From positions 1 through 33,509 of the IMG/VR virus record IMGVR_UViG_3300027804_000141: a stretch of 33,509 nucleotides of DNA; one strand, given 5' to 3'. Position numbers and translations under genes: made by a program. A model generated the notes under the pieces. The model saw only the letters and a list, made by a program, of their open reading frames with translations. It was not told the DNA's origin and ran no database searches. Positions 16,756-25,891 of this stretch are shown one piece after another. The DNA is from a virus. Its lineage: Duplodnaviria; Caudoviricetes. Numbering within the stretch: the stretch's first letter is position 1; each line of letters opens with the position of its first letter.

Positions 16756-18849
16756 ATGTCTACAGAAACAGCAATAGAAAATACCACAAATAAATCATCT
16801 TCAATTTTTTCATTTCGTTTATCTGACGATTTTATAGAGTTGTATAAAAACAAAAAGGCACCTTTTGGCTATAGAGATGCTGGTGGTAACTCTGTAGGTG
16901 AAATTACTTTTCTTAGAACTTATTCAAGACTTAAAGAAGACGGTACAAAAGAAACTTGGGTAGACGTATGTGAGAGAATTATTAATGGCATGTATTCTCT
17001 TCAAAAAGATCATTGCAAAAAAAGTCGCTTACCATGGAATGACGCTAAGGCTCAAGCAAGCGCAAAAGAAGCTTTTGATCGTTTGTTCAACTTAAAGTGG
17101 ACTCCACCAGGACGAGGTCTTTGGATGATGGGAACTCCTTTGGTTAATGTTCAAAAAAACTCAGCTGCCCTACAAAACTGCGCTTTTGTATCTACTTCTG
17201 AAATGACAAAGTTTAATCCAGCAAAGCCTTTTGGCTTTTTAATGGAAGCTTCAATGCTAGGGGTCGGCGTGGGTTTTGATGATAAAGGTGCTGACAAAGA
17301 ATTCTCTATTTATGAGCCAGTAAAATCTGAAGTTGTAGAAGTAATTGAGGATAGTAGAGAAGGCTGGAGAGATTCAACTACTACTTTAATAAACTCTTAT
17401 CTTAAGCCAGATCAAAATGTAATTACATTTGATTACAGTCAGATAAGACCCCTTGGATCTCCAATTAAAACATTTGGAGGAACAGCATCTGGTCCAGCCC
17501 CTCTTGTAAAATTGCACGAAGCTATTAGGAGAATATTTGCTGGTCGCAATGGAGAAAGGCTTACGAGAAAAGATATAGCTGATATCGGTAATCTTATTGG
17601 AGTCTGCGTTGTTTCTGGAAATGTTAGAAGATCTGCAGAATTACTAATAGGTAGGATGGATGATCAAGATTTCTTGAATTTAAAAAATGCTAGTGTATTT
17701 CCAGAAAGAAACTCTTATGATCCAGAAAATCCAGGCTGGGGATGGATGTCTAACAACTCTGTTGAAACATCTGTTGGACAAGATTTGTCTCCAATAATTG
17801 AAGGAATAGCCCTCAATGGTGAACCTGGTGTTATATGGCTTGATATGTCAAGAAAGTATGGAAGACTTGCAGATGCACCAAATAATAAAGACTGGCGTGT
17901 TGCTGGATACAATCCATGTGCAGAACAATCCCTAGAATCATACGAATGCTGCACTCTAGTTGAGACTTATTTAAATCGTCATGAAAACTTAGAGGATTAC
18001 AAGCGAACACTTAAATTTGCATATCTATACGCAAAGACTGTAACCCTTCTTCCAACTCACTGGGAAGAGACAAACGCAATCATGCAACGCAATCGTCGTA
18101 TTGGAACTTCAATGTCTGGCGTAGCAAATTTTGCAGACATACATGGACTTCCAGTTCTTAGGGATTGGATGGACACTGGTTATAATGTTGTTAAGAATTA
18201 TGACACAATCTACTCGGAGTGGTTAGGTATCCGTGAGTCAATTAAAATGACCACTGTTAAACCATCGGGTACAGTTTCTATCCTTGCTGGAGAATCACCA
18301 GGTGTTCACTGGACTCCAGGTGGCAAGTACTTTAATAGAGCAATTAGATTCTCTAATGAAGACCCAATGTTACCGCTTTTTAAGATGGCTAATTATAGAA
18401 TTGAGCCAGCTTCAGAGTCACCAGATACAACGTCAGTTGTTTTCTTCCCCATTAAATCAGATGCAAAGAGAGCGGAAAAAGATGTAACAATCTTTGAAAA
18501 AATGTCGCTTGCAGCAGTTGCTCAGAGATATTGGTCTGATAATTCAGTTTCTGTAACTATTTCATTTGATCCAGATTCTGAGTCACAACATGTGGGTACA
18601 GTTTTACATATGTATGATGGTCAGTTAAAAACGGTATCATTTCTACCTCAAGGAAACTTTACCTACCCACAAATGCCGTACACACAGATTACAGAAGAGG
18701 AATATCATGACGAGGGTGAAATGAAGCTTTTCCCAATTGATTTTTCTGGGGTCTATGCGGGAATGGCTGCAGATGCAATCGGAGAAAGTTATTGCACTAC
18801 TGATTCTTGTGAGATTAAGTTGATTAAGGAAAATATTAAGGAAGCTTAA
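16756..18849 (+). CDS. nrdJ: Class II (adenosylcobalamin-dependent) ribonucleotide reductase, monomeric RTPR type
   Basis: RTYSR, PPGRGLW, LQNCAF, GNVRRSA, NPCAE, TVKPSGTVS and C-terminal CTTDSC motifs; AAGGAG SD. Confidence 0.95.
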   Translation: MSTETAIENTTNKSSSIFSFRLSDDFIELYKNKKAPFGYRDAGGNSVGEITFLRTYSRLKEDGTKETWVDVCERIINGMYSLQKDHCKKSRLPWNDAKAQASAKEAFDRLFNLKWTPPGRGLWMMGTPLVNVQKNSAALQNCAFVSTSEMTKFNPAKPFGFLMEASMLGVGVGFDDKGADKEFSIYEPVKSEVVEVIEDSREGWRDSTTTLINSYLKPDQNVITFDYSQIRPLGSPIKTFGGTASGPAPLVKLHEAIRRIFAGRNGERLTRKDIADIGNLIGVCVVSGNVRRSAELLIGRMDDQDFLNLKNASVFPERNSYDPENPGWGWMSNNSVETSVGQDLSPIIEGIALNGEPGVIWLDMSRKYGRLADAPNNKDWRVAGYNPCAEQSLESYECCTLVETYLNRHENLEDYKRTLKFAYLYAKTVTLLPTHWEETNAIMQRNRRIGTSMSGVANFADIHGLPVLRDWMDTGYNVVKNYDTIYSEWLGIRESIKMTTVKPSGTVSILAGESPGVHWTPGGKYFNRAIRFSNEDPMLPLFKMANYRIEPASESPDTTSVVFFPIKSDAKRAEKDVTIFEKMSLAAVAQRYWSDNSVSVTISFDPDSESQHVGTVLHMYDGQLKTVSFLPQGNFTYPQMPYTQITEEEYHDEGEMKLFPIDFSGVYAGMAADAIGESYCTTDSCEIKLIKENIKEA

Positions 18850-19232
18850 TGTCTGATTATAATGATAGAGATTTTGATAAAAAATTCTCAGAAATTATGA
18901 AAATAGAAAATATAGAAGACTTTGATTCATTCGTAAAAGCTGAATTTACAAAATCGGTTAAAGAATATTTGTTGATTTTGTCAACTATAAATGAGTTTAA
19001 TCAGTATCTATATACTCTTTTATTTTCGGTGTTAAACAATGAGCCAATAGAGCTTGATCAAGACATGGAAGAAGCTTTGTCTACTATATACAAACTGTCA
19101 ACAGATTTTATTGACTATATGGTAGAATTAACCGAAGACGATATTTTACTAGTTTTTAACCCTTCTTCAGATGATGAAGAAGAAGATGAAGACTATGAGG
19201 ATGAAGAAGAAGAGGAAGATGAAGATGAGTGA
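18849..19232 (+). CDS. Hypothetical highly acidic protein with poly-D/E tail
   Basis: 127 aa, TAATG coupling to nrdJ, ends SSDDEEEDEDYEDEEEEEDEDE. Confidence 0.75.
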   Translation: MSDYNDRDFDKKFSEIMKIENIEDFDSFVKAEFTKSVKEYLLILSTINEFNQYLYTLLFSVLNNEPIELDQDMEEALSTIYKLSTDFIDYMVELTEDDILLVFNPSSDDEEEDEDYEDEEEEEDEDE

Positions 19233-19977
19233 TTCTGTTATAAAAAATGATAATATTTTTCCTGTTGAATTAACCTCTGAAACAGAAGATGAAAATAATT
19301 TTATTAATGTTTTAGATAAAGGCTATGTTAGACTTGTGGATTCCATGGGTTCTGATTTATCCGTTGTTAATGCGGCACGAGCTTCTTTCGGAAAAGAAGT
19401 TTCTGAACTAGGAACAAGAGACGCAAGGTTAATAGACTTTTTGGTAAGAGAAAATCACATGTCTCCATTTAGACATGCATTTATGACTTTTGAGTTTAAA
19501 GCTCCATTAATGGTAGCAAGGCAACATTGGAAGTATGTTGTTGGTTCTGATCATACAATGGATTCTTGGAATGAATCATCAAGAAGGTATATAACAATGG
19601 AGCCAGAGTTTTATTATCCAAACGCAGAAGAATGGAGACTTGCTCCAGAAGACAAAAAACAAGGATCTATGGGAATTGTAGATCCTTTCACTGGATCAAT
19701 GTTAACGCAAGAACTGATAAAGCACGCAGAAAGAGGAGAAGCTCTTTATAGAATGGCTATGGATAATAACATTGCTCCAGAGCAAGCTAGATTATTTTTA
19801 AACGCATATGGGATGTATGTGGTTTATAGGTGGTCTTGCTCTTTGCAGTCTGTTATACTTTTCCTTAATCAGCGATTAGCAGAAGATTCTCAAGTTGAAA
19901 TTCAAGAGTATGCGAAAGCGGTATATAGATTGGCTCAACCAAAATTCCCTGTAACATTTAAGTCTTTAATAGGTTAA
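19225..19977 (+). CDS. thyX: Flavin-dependent thymidylate synthase
   Basis: GYVRLVD.MGSDLSVVNAARAS, HMSPF.H, WNESSRRY, APEQARLFL, SQVEIQEYA. True start likely ATG 19225 (GAGG upstream). Confidence 0.93.
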   Translation: MSDSVIKNDNIFPVELTSETEDENNFINVLDKGYVRLVDSMGSDLSVVNAARASFGKEVSELGTRDARLIDFLVRENHMSPFRHAFMTFEFKAPLMVARQHWKYVVGSDHTMDSWNESSRRYITMEPEFYYPNAEEWRLAPEDKKQGSMGIVDPFTGSMLTQELIKHAERGEALYRMAMDNNIAPEQARLFLNAYGMYVVYRWSCSLQSVILFLNQRLAEDSQVEIQEYAKAVYRLAQPKFPVTFKSLIG

Positions 19978-19982
19978 TTGTA

Positions 19983-20144
19983 ATGGATGCAATTTTTATC
20001 ATACTTTTTGCATTACTTGTTGCTTGGTCAAATAGTTTGCAGATAACACTTCAGGCTATTAAAGAACAAAACATAAGAGTAAGAGTTATCGCTATAATTG
20101 TCCTTTGTTTACTTTTAGCTGGTTCAATAGCAGTATATGCATAA
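19983..20144 (+). CDS. Small membrane protein (53 aa, two hydrophobic helices)
   Basis: MDAIFIILFALLVAWSNSLQITLQAIKEQNIRVRVIAIIVLCLLLAGSIAVYA exactly fills the thyX-deaminase gap; below the ORF-track cut-off. Confidence 0.65.
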   Translation: MDAIFIILFALLVAWSNSLQITLQAIKEQNIRVRVIAIIVLCLLLAGSIAVYA

Positions 20145-20598
20145 AGATTTTTCTAGAAAAGATAGGCAGTATTTACAGCTGTGTATAGAATCGGCTAAAA
20201 TATTCTCTACATGTTCAAAAAGAAAATATGCAGCCGTTCTTGTTGACCAAAAAGGTCATATAGTAGGAATGGGATATAATGGTGGCCCAAGTGGGTTTAC
20301 GCATTGTGAGGATGGTGGCTGCCCAAGGCTTTTGGATAATTCGCCAAATGGGACTAACTACGATAACTGTATTGCAGTACATGCAGAAGCAAATGCCTTG
20401 ATACATAGCGATTATAGTTCTAGTGCTTACAAGTTATATGTAAATGGACCACCATGCTTTTCCTGCGCCAAATTAATTGCAAATAGCACGATAAAGCATG
20501 TATACTGTCTAGAAGATATTGCATACCAACAATGGGATAAGGTAAGATCTTTCTTACTACAAGCAGGAATAGAAGTACACACACATGCCAGCGTCTAA
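20137..20598 (+). CDS. dCMP deaminase family protein
   Basis: STC.KRK.AAV, GYNG.PSG..HC, HAEANA and PCFSCAKLI zinc-binding motifs. Confidence 0.92.
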   Translation: MHKDFSRKDRQYLQLCIESAKIFSTCSKRKYAAVLVDQKGHIVGMGYNGGPSGFTHCEDGGCPRLLDNSPNGTNYDNCIAVHAEANALIHSDYSSSAYKLYVNGPPCFSCAKLIANSTIKHVYCLEDIAYQQWDKVRSFLLQAGIEVHTHASV

Positions 20599-20830
20599 GC
20601 TTAATTACTTAGTTGTCTACAAAAACCATAGTCAGGTTTATGGTTGCTCTTCCAAAAAGATAGCTGTAGAATCTCCACCTCCAGAAGGTTTTAATGAATC
20701 TGATAAACAGATATTATTTATATCGGTAGAACCAGATTCAGATAATCTATGCGTATATCTTGTAGATAATACGCTAGAAGAAAAACAAGAAAAAAAGGAT
20801 AAAGGAAAGAAAAGCAAGCAAAATGACTAA
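20585..20830 (+). CDS. Hypothetical protein
   Basis: 81-aa ORF overlapping both neighbours in operon fashion. Confidence 0.65.
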   Translation: MPASKLNYLVVYKNHSQVYGCSSKKIAVESPPPEGFNESDKQILFISVEPDSDNLCVYLVDNTLEEKQEKKDKGKKSKQND

Positions 20831-21062
20831 GAAAACAAGTCACAAGAAAAAGGTTAGTGTAAAACTAATGCCAGGAGAAGCTATATTTGTAGCTAGTACT
20901 GAGGTGTTAGAACATATTATATACACATACAATCTTCTTGGTGATAGTGAAGATAGCCCTGAAAACAAAGAGCATTGGTATGGCGTTGCTCAAGCAGTTG
21001 AGGAATGGTTAAATAATACAATCAATAACACGGAAGAGAATGAAGTTGAAGAAGATTGGTGA
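20823..21062 (+). CDS. Hypothetical protein
   Basis: 79-aa ORF with basic N-terminus and acidic C-terminus; operon packing. Confidence 0.65.
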   Translation: MTKKTSHKKKVSVKLMPGEAIFVASTEVLEHIIYTYNLLGDSEDSPENKEHWYGVAQAVEEWLNNTINNTEENEVEEDW

Positions 21063-21288
21063 AAATATCTTAGTTTTATCAGGACTATTTGTTTTGGGAT
21101 ATTTCGTTTATTTTTATAATAAACAAAAAAGTATTACGAAACCTGCTGACAAAATTCAGTTGTCAAATAGATTTATTGAGTTTTTTGACAGCCTTTATAT
21201 AGAAGATGCATACAATAAATACGCTCAATATATCAACATGGGTTTTAGTCCACAAAGCGCTTTTGAGATGACAATAGAGGAAGAATAA
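21040..21288 (+). CDS. Hypothetical protein with N-terminal transmembrane helix
   Basis: ILVLSGLFVLGYFVYFY hydrophobic stretch; operon packing. Confidence 0.6.
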   Translation: MKLKKIGENILVLSGLFVLGYFVYFYNKQKSITKPADKIQLSNRFIEFFDSLYIEDAYNKYAQYINMGFSPQSAFEMTIEEE

Positions 21289-21292
21289 TAAA

Positions 21293-22108
21293 GTGATAGA
21301 TTTATGCGTTGTTAATTACAACACTAGACCACTACTGCAAAGATTTTTGGACTCTTTGCATTCAGATGTATTTAGTCCAAATGGCGCGCTCGCAAAAAAT
21401 TGGAACCTATATATAACAGATAATGATTCAACAGATGACTTTGTTGACTGGATGAGAGAAAATGAGGAAAGATACCTTATTGATAGAACTTATCTTAGGA
21501 AAAATATAGGATATTCTGCTGCAATCAATATGATGGCAAGTAAGAGCTCTGCAGAAATTATTGGAGTTTTAAACGGTGATGTTTGGATGACATCACAAGA
21601 TTGTTTAAATATAGAAAAGATCTTTGCAAATAATCCAAACATTCATATTCTTGGACCAAAACAAAGAGATGAAGATGGTTTCATAACTCATGCAGGAATT
21701 GTTGGCACTAATACTTCACCAAAGCATAGAGGCTGGAGAGAGCATGACCCTGAAGATAAACTATATAAAGACCAGATTGATTGTGTGACTGTTTCTGGAT
21801 CCGCTTACTTTGTAAGGAGAGATGTTTGGGATGATCTTACTAATAATGAAAAATACAGAGAATTATATCCTAATGCAATAGGCGCATTTCTTCCTACTCC
21901 TCATTATTATGAGGAAACATGGTGTTCTTATTTTGCAAGGCACTTGGGTTATAATGTAGTGTACGATGGTTCCGTGTCCATTGGCCACAGTTGGCATGCG
22001 TCAACACCAAAACCAGGGCAAGGTGTCAGTCATGCCGATAAATACTTTCCTATTTCAAGAGAAATATTTAGAAAAGCCTGTGACCATATAGGGATAGAAA
22101 GAGATTAA
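21293..22108 (+). CDS. Glycosyltransferase family 2 (GT-A; WbbL/rhamnosyltransferase-like)
   Basis: VVNYNT, DNDSTD, NIGYSAAIN, LNGD, VSGSAYFVRRDVW and YYEE motifs. Confidence 0.88.
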   Translation: MIDLCVVNYNTRPLLQRFLDSLHSDVFSPNGALAKNWNLYITDNDSTDDFVDWMRENEERYLIDRTYLRKNIGYSAAINMMASKSSAEIIGVLNGDVWMTSQDCLNIEKIFANNPNIHILGPKQRDEDGFITHAGIVGTNTSPKHRGWREHDPEDKLYKDQIDCVTVSGSAYFVRRDVWDDLTNNEKYRELYPNAIGAFLPTPHYYEETWCSYFARHLGYNVVYDGSVSIGHSWHASTPKPGQGVSHADKYFPISREIFRKACDHIGIERD

Positions 22109-22109
22109 A

Positions 22110-23423
22110 TTGGGTATTACAACATACGGGTCATTATTTGCAGGTGTTGGTGGCATAGATCTTGGTCTAGATGCTGCGGGATTAACCTGTAATTTTCAAG
22201 TTGAATGGGATCCACATTGTAGTCAGACACTTGCGTATCATTGGCCAGATGTTCCACGCTGGGGAGATATAGCAGAGGTCAGTGGTTATGATTTACCATA
22301 CGTAGATCTAATTACATTTGGTTCCCCATGTCAAGACCTTTCGGTGGCAGGCAAAAGAGCTGGTTTAGACGGAGAAAGATCTGGTCTGTTTTTTCAGGCC
22401 GTAAGAATAATTAAAGAAATGAGAGAAAAATCAAATGGACAATATCCTAAATGGTCAATCTGGGAGAACGTCACAGGGGCCTTATCATCCAACGGAGGTG
22501 CCGACTTCGGACAAGTTCTCTGGGAAATGGATGAAGCAGGGGCGTGTTTCAGTGAATGGGCCGTGTTGGATGCACAATACTTTGGAGTTCCCCAACGACG
22601 CAGAAGAATATTTGTCCTCTCTTGCTTTGATCCTGCAATCGCTGGAAGAAGTCCCGACAAAATACTACCTCTCAAAGAGAGCAGCACAGGGGATTCTAAG
22701 AAGAGTATCAAGCAAAAACAAGAAGCTACCAGAGAAACTGCAAGCTGCATTAGAAGCGGTGGCGACGGAGGACACCCCTCAAGTAGGGGAGAAAACTTAG
22801 TAGTTCAAGATGGAAAAGCGATTATTAATCGCATGGTTTCATTTAATGAATATGTAGAAGATTATGTTTCTTCAACGATAAAAGCAAGAGACTACAAAGA
22901 TCCTACGGATTTAATTAGCCATGAAAAAATATCTCTTTTAGATGGAACTAGAGTTGGAGATATAAGAGTTTACGAAGAACCTGTACAGACCCTGCAAGCA
23001 AGAATGGGAACAGGCGGCAACACCGTACCAATGGTAATAGATGAAAGAACAACATCAAACGTCATTGGAACACTAGTTGCTAGGGATTTTAAAGGTGTTG
23101 GCAATCAATATGTAGAAGAAAATAAATTAATCATTGAATCACCAATAGGCTTTAGTCACACTCAAGGATTAGATCCACAATCTTCCACAAAAGCTTGGCC
23201 AACCCTTAGGGCTGAAGGCGGAGGTCATGCTGTCAGTATAGACAAGATAGTTCGTAGATTAACCCCTATTGAGTGCGAAAGATTAATGGGCTGGCCAGAC
23301 AACCATACCTTGTATAGGGCTGACGGCAAACATAATGCAGACAGCACTAGGTATAAAATGTGTGGAAACGGAGTTGCTAGTCCTGTGGTAAAATGGATAG
23401 CTGAAAAAATAATTAATATATAA
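22110..23423 (+). CDS. DNA (cytosine-5)-methyltransferase
   Basis: Motif I SLFAGVGG, IV GSPCQDLS, VI WENV, VIII PQRRRRIF, IX RRLTPIECERLMGWPD, X MCGNGV. Confidence 0.95.
   Translation: MGITTYGSLFAGVGGIDLGLDAAGLTCNFQVEWDPHCSQTLAYHWPDVPRWGDIAEVSGYDLPYVDLITFGSPCQDLSVAGKRAGLDGERSGLFFQAVRIIKEMREKSNGQYPKWSIWENVTGALSSNGGADFGQVLWEMDEAGACFSEWAVLDAQYFGVPQRRRRIFVLSCFDPAIAGRSPDKILPLKESSTGDSKKSIKQKQEATRETASCIRSGGDGGHPSSRGENLVVQDGKAIINRMVSFNEYVEDYVSSTIKARDYKDPTDLISHEKISLLDGTRVGDIRVYEEPVQTLQARMGTGGNTVPMVIDERTTSNVIGTLVARDFKGVGNQYVEENKLIIESPIGFSHTQGLDPQSSTKAWPTLRAEGGGHAVSIDKIVRRLTPIECERLMGWPDNHTLYRADGKHNADSTRYKMCGNGVASPVVKWIAEKIINI
22435..22800 (+). CDS. Nested alternative-frame protein within the MTase gene (M.EcoHK31I beta-polypeptide-like)
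   Basis: 121-aa +1-frame ORF with WMHNTLEFP..., KYYLSKRAAQGILRR...LPEKLQAAL, resembling (from recall) overlapping-frame partners of C5 MTases. Confidence 0.65.
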   Translation: MDNILNGQSGRTSQGPYHPTEVPTSDKFSGKWMKQGRVSVNGPCWMHNTLEFPNDAEEYLSSLALILQSLEEVPTKYYLSKRAAQGILRRVSSKNKKLPEKLQAALEAVATEDTPQVGEKT

Positions 23424-23432
23424 GGAGAAAAA

Positions 23433-23828
23433 ATGTCTGATGAAAAAAACGTATACTACTACAACGCAGAAGTTAAAAAAATTATTGACGGTGACACTTT
23501 TGATATCATCATTGATTTGGGGTTTGATACTCTTCGTAAAGGTAGGGTTCGCTTATATGGCGTCAATACTCCAGAAAGCAGAACTTCCAATTTAGAAGAA
23601 AAGAAACAGGGACTCGCAGCAAAAGAATTTACCGATCAATGGATCACTAAAGCTGGACATTGGGTTAAGATTGAAACCATATTAGATAAAAACGAAAAAT
23701 ATGGAAGAGTTCTTGCTAAAGTGTGGGACAATCAAGGTAACTGCTTAAATAATGATATTGTTGCTTCTGGTCTAGCAAGAGAGTACTTTGGTGTTGGCGA
23801 CAAGACTTGGACAGAATTTAAAAAATAA
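23433..23828 (+). CDS. Thermonuclease (SNase-like) family protein
   Basis: IIDGDT...IDLGF, VRLYGVNTPE, KYGRVLA; AAGGAG SD. Confidence 0.9.
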   Translation: MSDEKNVYYYNAEVKKIIDGDTFDIIIDLGFDTLRKGRVRLYGVNTPESRTSNLEEKKQGLAAKEFTDQWITKAGHWVKIETILDKNEKYGRVLAKVWDNQGNCLNNDIVASGLAREYFGVGDKTWTEFKK

Positions 23829-25052
23829 ATGCTTGTAAGTGATTTAGACATACCATTTATAAAAATGGGATCTACTAGAGAGCAACAACTAGAGAATGCT
23901 AAACTACTTTCTAAACATTCTTGGATAGCAAAGAATAAAATAGGGTATACAATATTATCTTATTCTGATAATCAAAACATCTTAAAGGATAAGAGATGGC
24001 ATACTGCTTTAGGTTTATTTGCTGAGCTTAACCCCAACTTTACAGAAGAGTTTAAGCAGAAAAGAAAAAATGGTTTATTAGCCCTTAATGGAGAAGACCA
24101 TTTGAGAATTAAAAAGTTAATTATGCCAACCTTTAGTTATTCTAATGTAGAAAAATTAAAACCTTTTATGAGGTTATGTTTAAATAATATTATTGATAGC
24201 TTTTCTAGCGTTAAAGAAATAGATATACAAAAAGAAATATTTGACATATATCCAACGATGATTATATGCGAGATATTAGGTGTAGGACAAAAAGATTTAA
24301 ATAAATTTCTTCAGTGGACAGATTTTTTGAGTACAGTTTTTGATCAATACAATAACTATACCCCTGACTACATAAGCACAATGCAGAGCAATTTTAATCT
24401 ATATTTTTTAGAACTTATAGAGCACAAAAGGTCTAATCCTGGTGAGGATCTTTTATCTAAATTAATCTTAGCAGAAGAAGATGGAGATAAATTAAGTAAC
24501 GAAGAACTGCTTATGTTAGTAGAAGTTATTATAGCTAGTGGCATAGATACTACTAGATCGCAATTAGGCCTTTGTCTAAATGAATTATTAAAAAATGAAG
24601 ATAAGCTAAATCTTCTTAAGCAAGATAATTCTTTGTGTCCAAAAATCATAGACGAACTAATTAGATTAGATACAACGTTAAGAGGAACTGCTAGAGTAGC
24701 TTCTGAAGATATAGTGTACAAAGATATTATTTTTCCAAAAGGAACAATTGTATTAATTAATATAATTTCATCAAACTACGATGAATTATACTTTAATAAT
24801 CCAAAAAAAATAAATATAGAAAATCAAAATAATATTAACAAAAGCTTATCTTTTGGGGCTGGAATACACTATTGTTTGGGCGCTATCTTAGCTAAAGTAG
24901 AAATACAAGAAGCTATTAGTTTAATATTAAAAAGATTTTGTAATATCTCTATAAATGGAGAACCTAAATATAGGCCAGCCCATGTTTTGGTAAACGGGCT
25001 ACAGTCATTGCCGATAAAATTCAGTTCAATAGAACAAGTTGCAAAACACTGA
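23829..25052 (+). CDS. Cytochrome P450
   Basis: I-helix ASGIDTT, K-helix ELIR, heme motif FGAGIHYCLG, H.R.KK in the C-helix; 407 aa. Confidence 0.93.
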   Translation: MLVSDLDIPFIKMGSTREQQLENAKLLSKHSWIAKNKIGYTILSYSDNQNILKDKRWHTALGLFAELNPNFTEEFKQKRKNGLLALNGEDHLRIKKLIMPTFSYSNVEKLKPFMRLCLNNIIDSFSSVKEIDIQKEIFDIYPTMIICEILGVGQKDLNKFLQWTDFLSTVFDQYNNYTPDYISTMQSNFNLYFLELIEHKRSNPGEDLLSKLILAEEDGDKLSNEELLMLVEVIIASGIDTTRSQLGLCLNELLKNEDKLNLLKQDNSLCPKIIDELIRLDTTLRGTARVASEDIVYKDIIFPKGTIVLINIISSNYDELYFNNPKKINIENQNNINKSLSFGAGIHYCLGAILAKVEIQEAISLILKRFCNISINGEPKYRPAHVLVNGLQSLPIKFSSIEQVAKH

Positions 25053-25073
25053 ATGTGAGAGTAGAATACAAGC

Positions 25074-25478
25074 ATGCAAACATTTTTGCCTTATGCAGAT
25101 ATAGTAAAATCAGTAAAAGTATTAGATTATAGAAGATTGGGAAAACAACGTGTTGAAACATTTCAGGTTCTTAACATACTACTTGACAGAACGCCTACGA
25201 AAGGTTGGCGTAACCATCCAGTTACTCGTATGTGGACTGGGTACGAAGAAGCGTTAAAGTTATACCAAAACTACACCATTTTAGAATGGATAGACAGAGG
25301 ATATAATAACAACATGAAATTTGAAGAAATATATCACGATCATTTAGTTTATCCTCCTTGGTTTGGTAAAGAAGAGTTTCATCGCTCTCATAGGTCTAAT
25401 CTTCTTAGAAAAGATTATGAATACTACTCTCAGTACTTTGATGAGCCAGCAGATTTAGAGTATCATTGGCCAGTATGA
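25074..25478 (+). CDS. MSMEG_6728-like pyrimidine-dimer DNA glycosylase / endonuclease V superfamily protein
   Basis: MQTFLPY, LD.RRLGKQRVE, GWRNHP..MW, PPWFG...HRSHRSNLLRKD, Y.WP. Confidence 0.85.
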   Translation: MQTFLPYADIVKSVKVLDYRRLGKQRVETFQVLNILLDRTPTKGWRNHPVTRMWTGYEEALKLYQNYTILEWIDRGYNNNMKFEEIYHDHLVYPPWFGKEEFHRSHRSNLLRKDYEYYSQYFDEPADLEYHWPV

Positions 25479-25879
25479 GTGTTACAGTTTATTTAGCTGG
25501 CGCAATGGATTATGTCGGCGACTACGCTATAGGTTGGAGGAAAGAAGCTACTTTTTTGCTTGAGCAAAGAGGTTACAATATTCTTGATCCAACTTCTATA
25601 CCAGAAGATTATTCAATGTCTGCTGATGAGATAGCTCAAAAAAATCTCTTTATGCAGAAGAAGTCTGATCTTCTTCTGGTAGAATATATGTTAGAAAACA
25701 GAGCTTACATAGGCACTGATTTTGAAATGGCTTGGGCTAAGATACATAATCAACCAACTGTAGTAATGTGTTCAGAACAAAATAAAAACAGACCATATAT
25801 GAAGTATATGGCAACAAAAATAAGCAATAATTTAGATGAAGCTATAGATTATATAGCGGTTCATTACCCGAATAAATAA
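25475..25879 (+). CDS. Nucleoside 2-deoxyribosyltransferase-like / nucleotide N-hydrolase
   Basis: VYLAGAM, WR, ILDP, SDLLLV, GT.FEM.WA; ATGA overlap gives start 25475. Confidence 0.8.
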   Translation: MSVTVYLAGAMDYVGDYAIGWRKEATFLLEQRGYNILDPTSIPEDYSMSADEIAQKNLFMQKKSDLLLVEYMLENRAYIGTDFEMAWAKIHNQPTVVMCSEQNKNRPYMKYMATKISNNLDEAIDYIAVHYPNK

Positions 25880-25891
25880 TTAGGAGTTACA

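Noticed and set aside
16756-18849. Intein or intron in nrdJ (also checked dnaB)
   Set aside because: Lengths and motif spacing are compact; no intein terminal motifs or interruptions seen.
19171-19224. Lys/Met-rich N-terminal extension of ThyX
   Set aside because: Out-of-frame reading of the GAA/GAT-rich acidic tail of the upstream gene; ATG 19225 is the better start.
19165-19230. GAAGAT-type low-complexity repeat as a tandem repeat or CRISPR-like element
   Set aside because: Fully explained by the encoded poly-D/E tract; no spacers.
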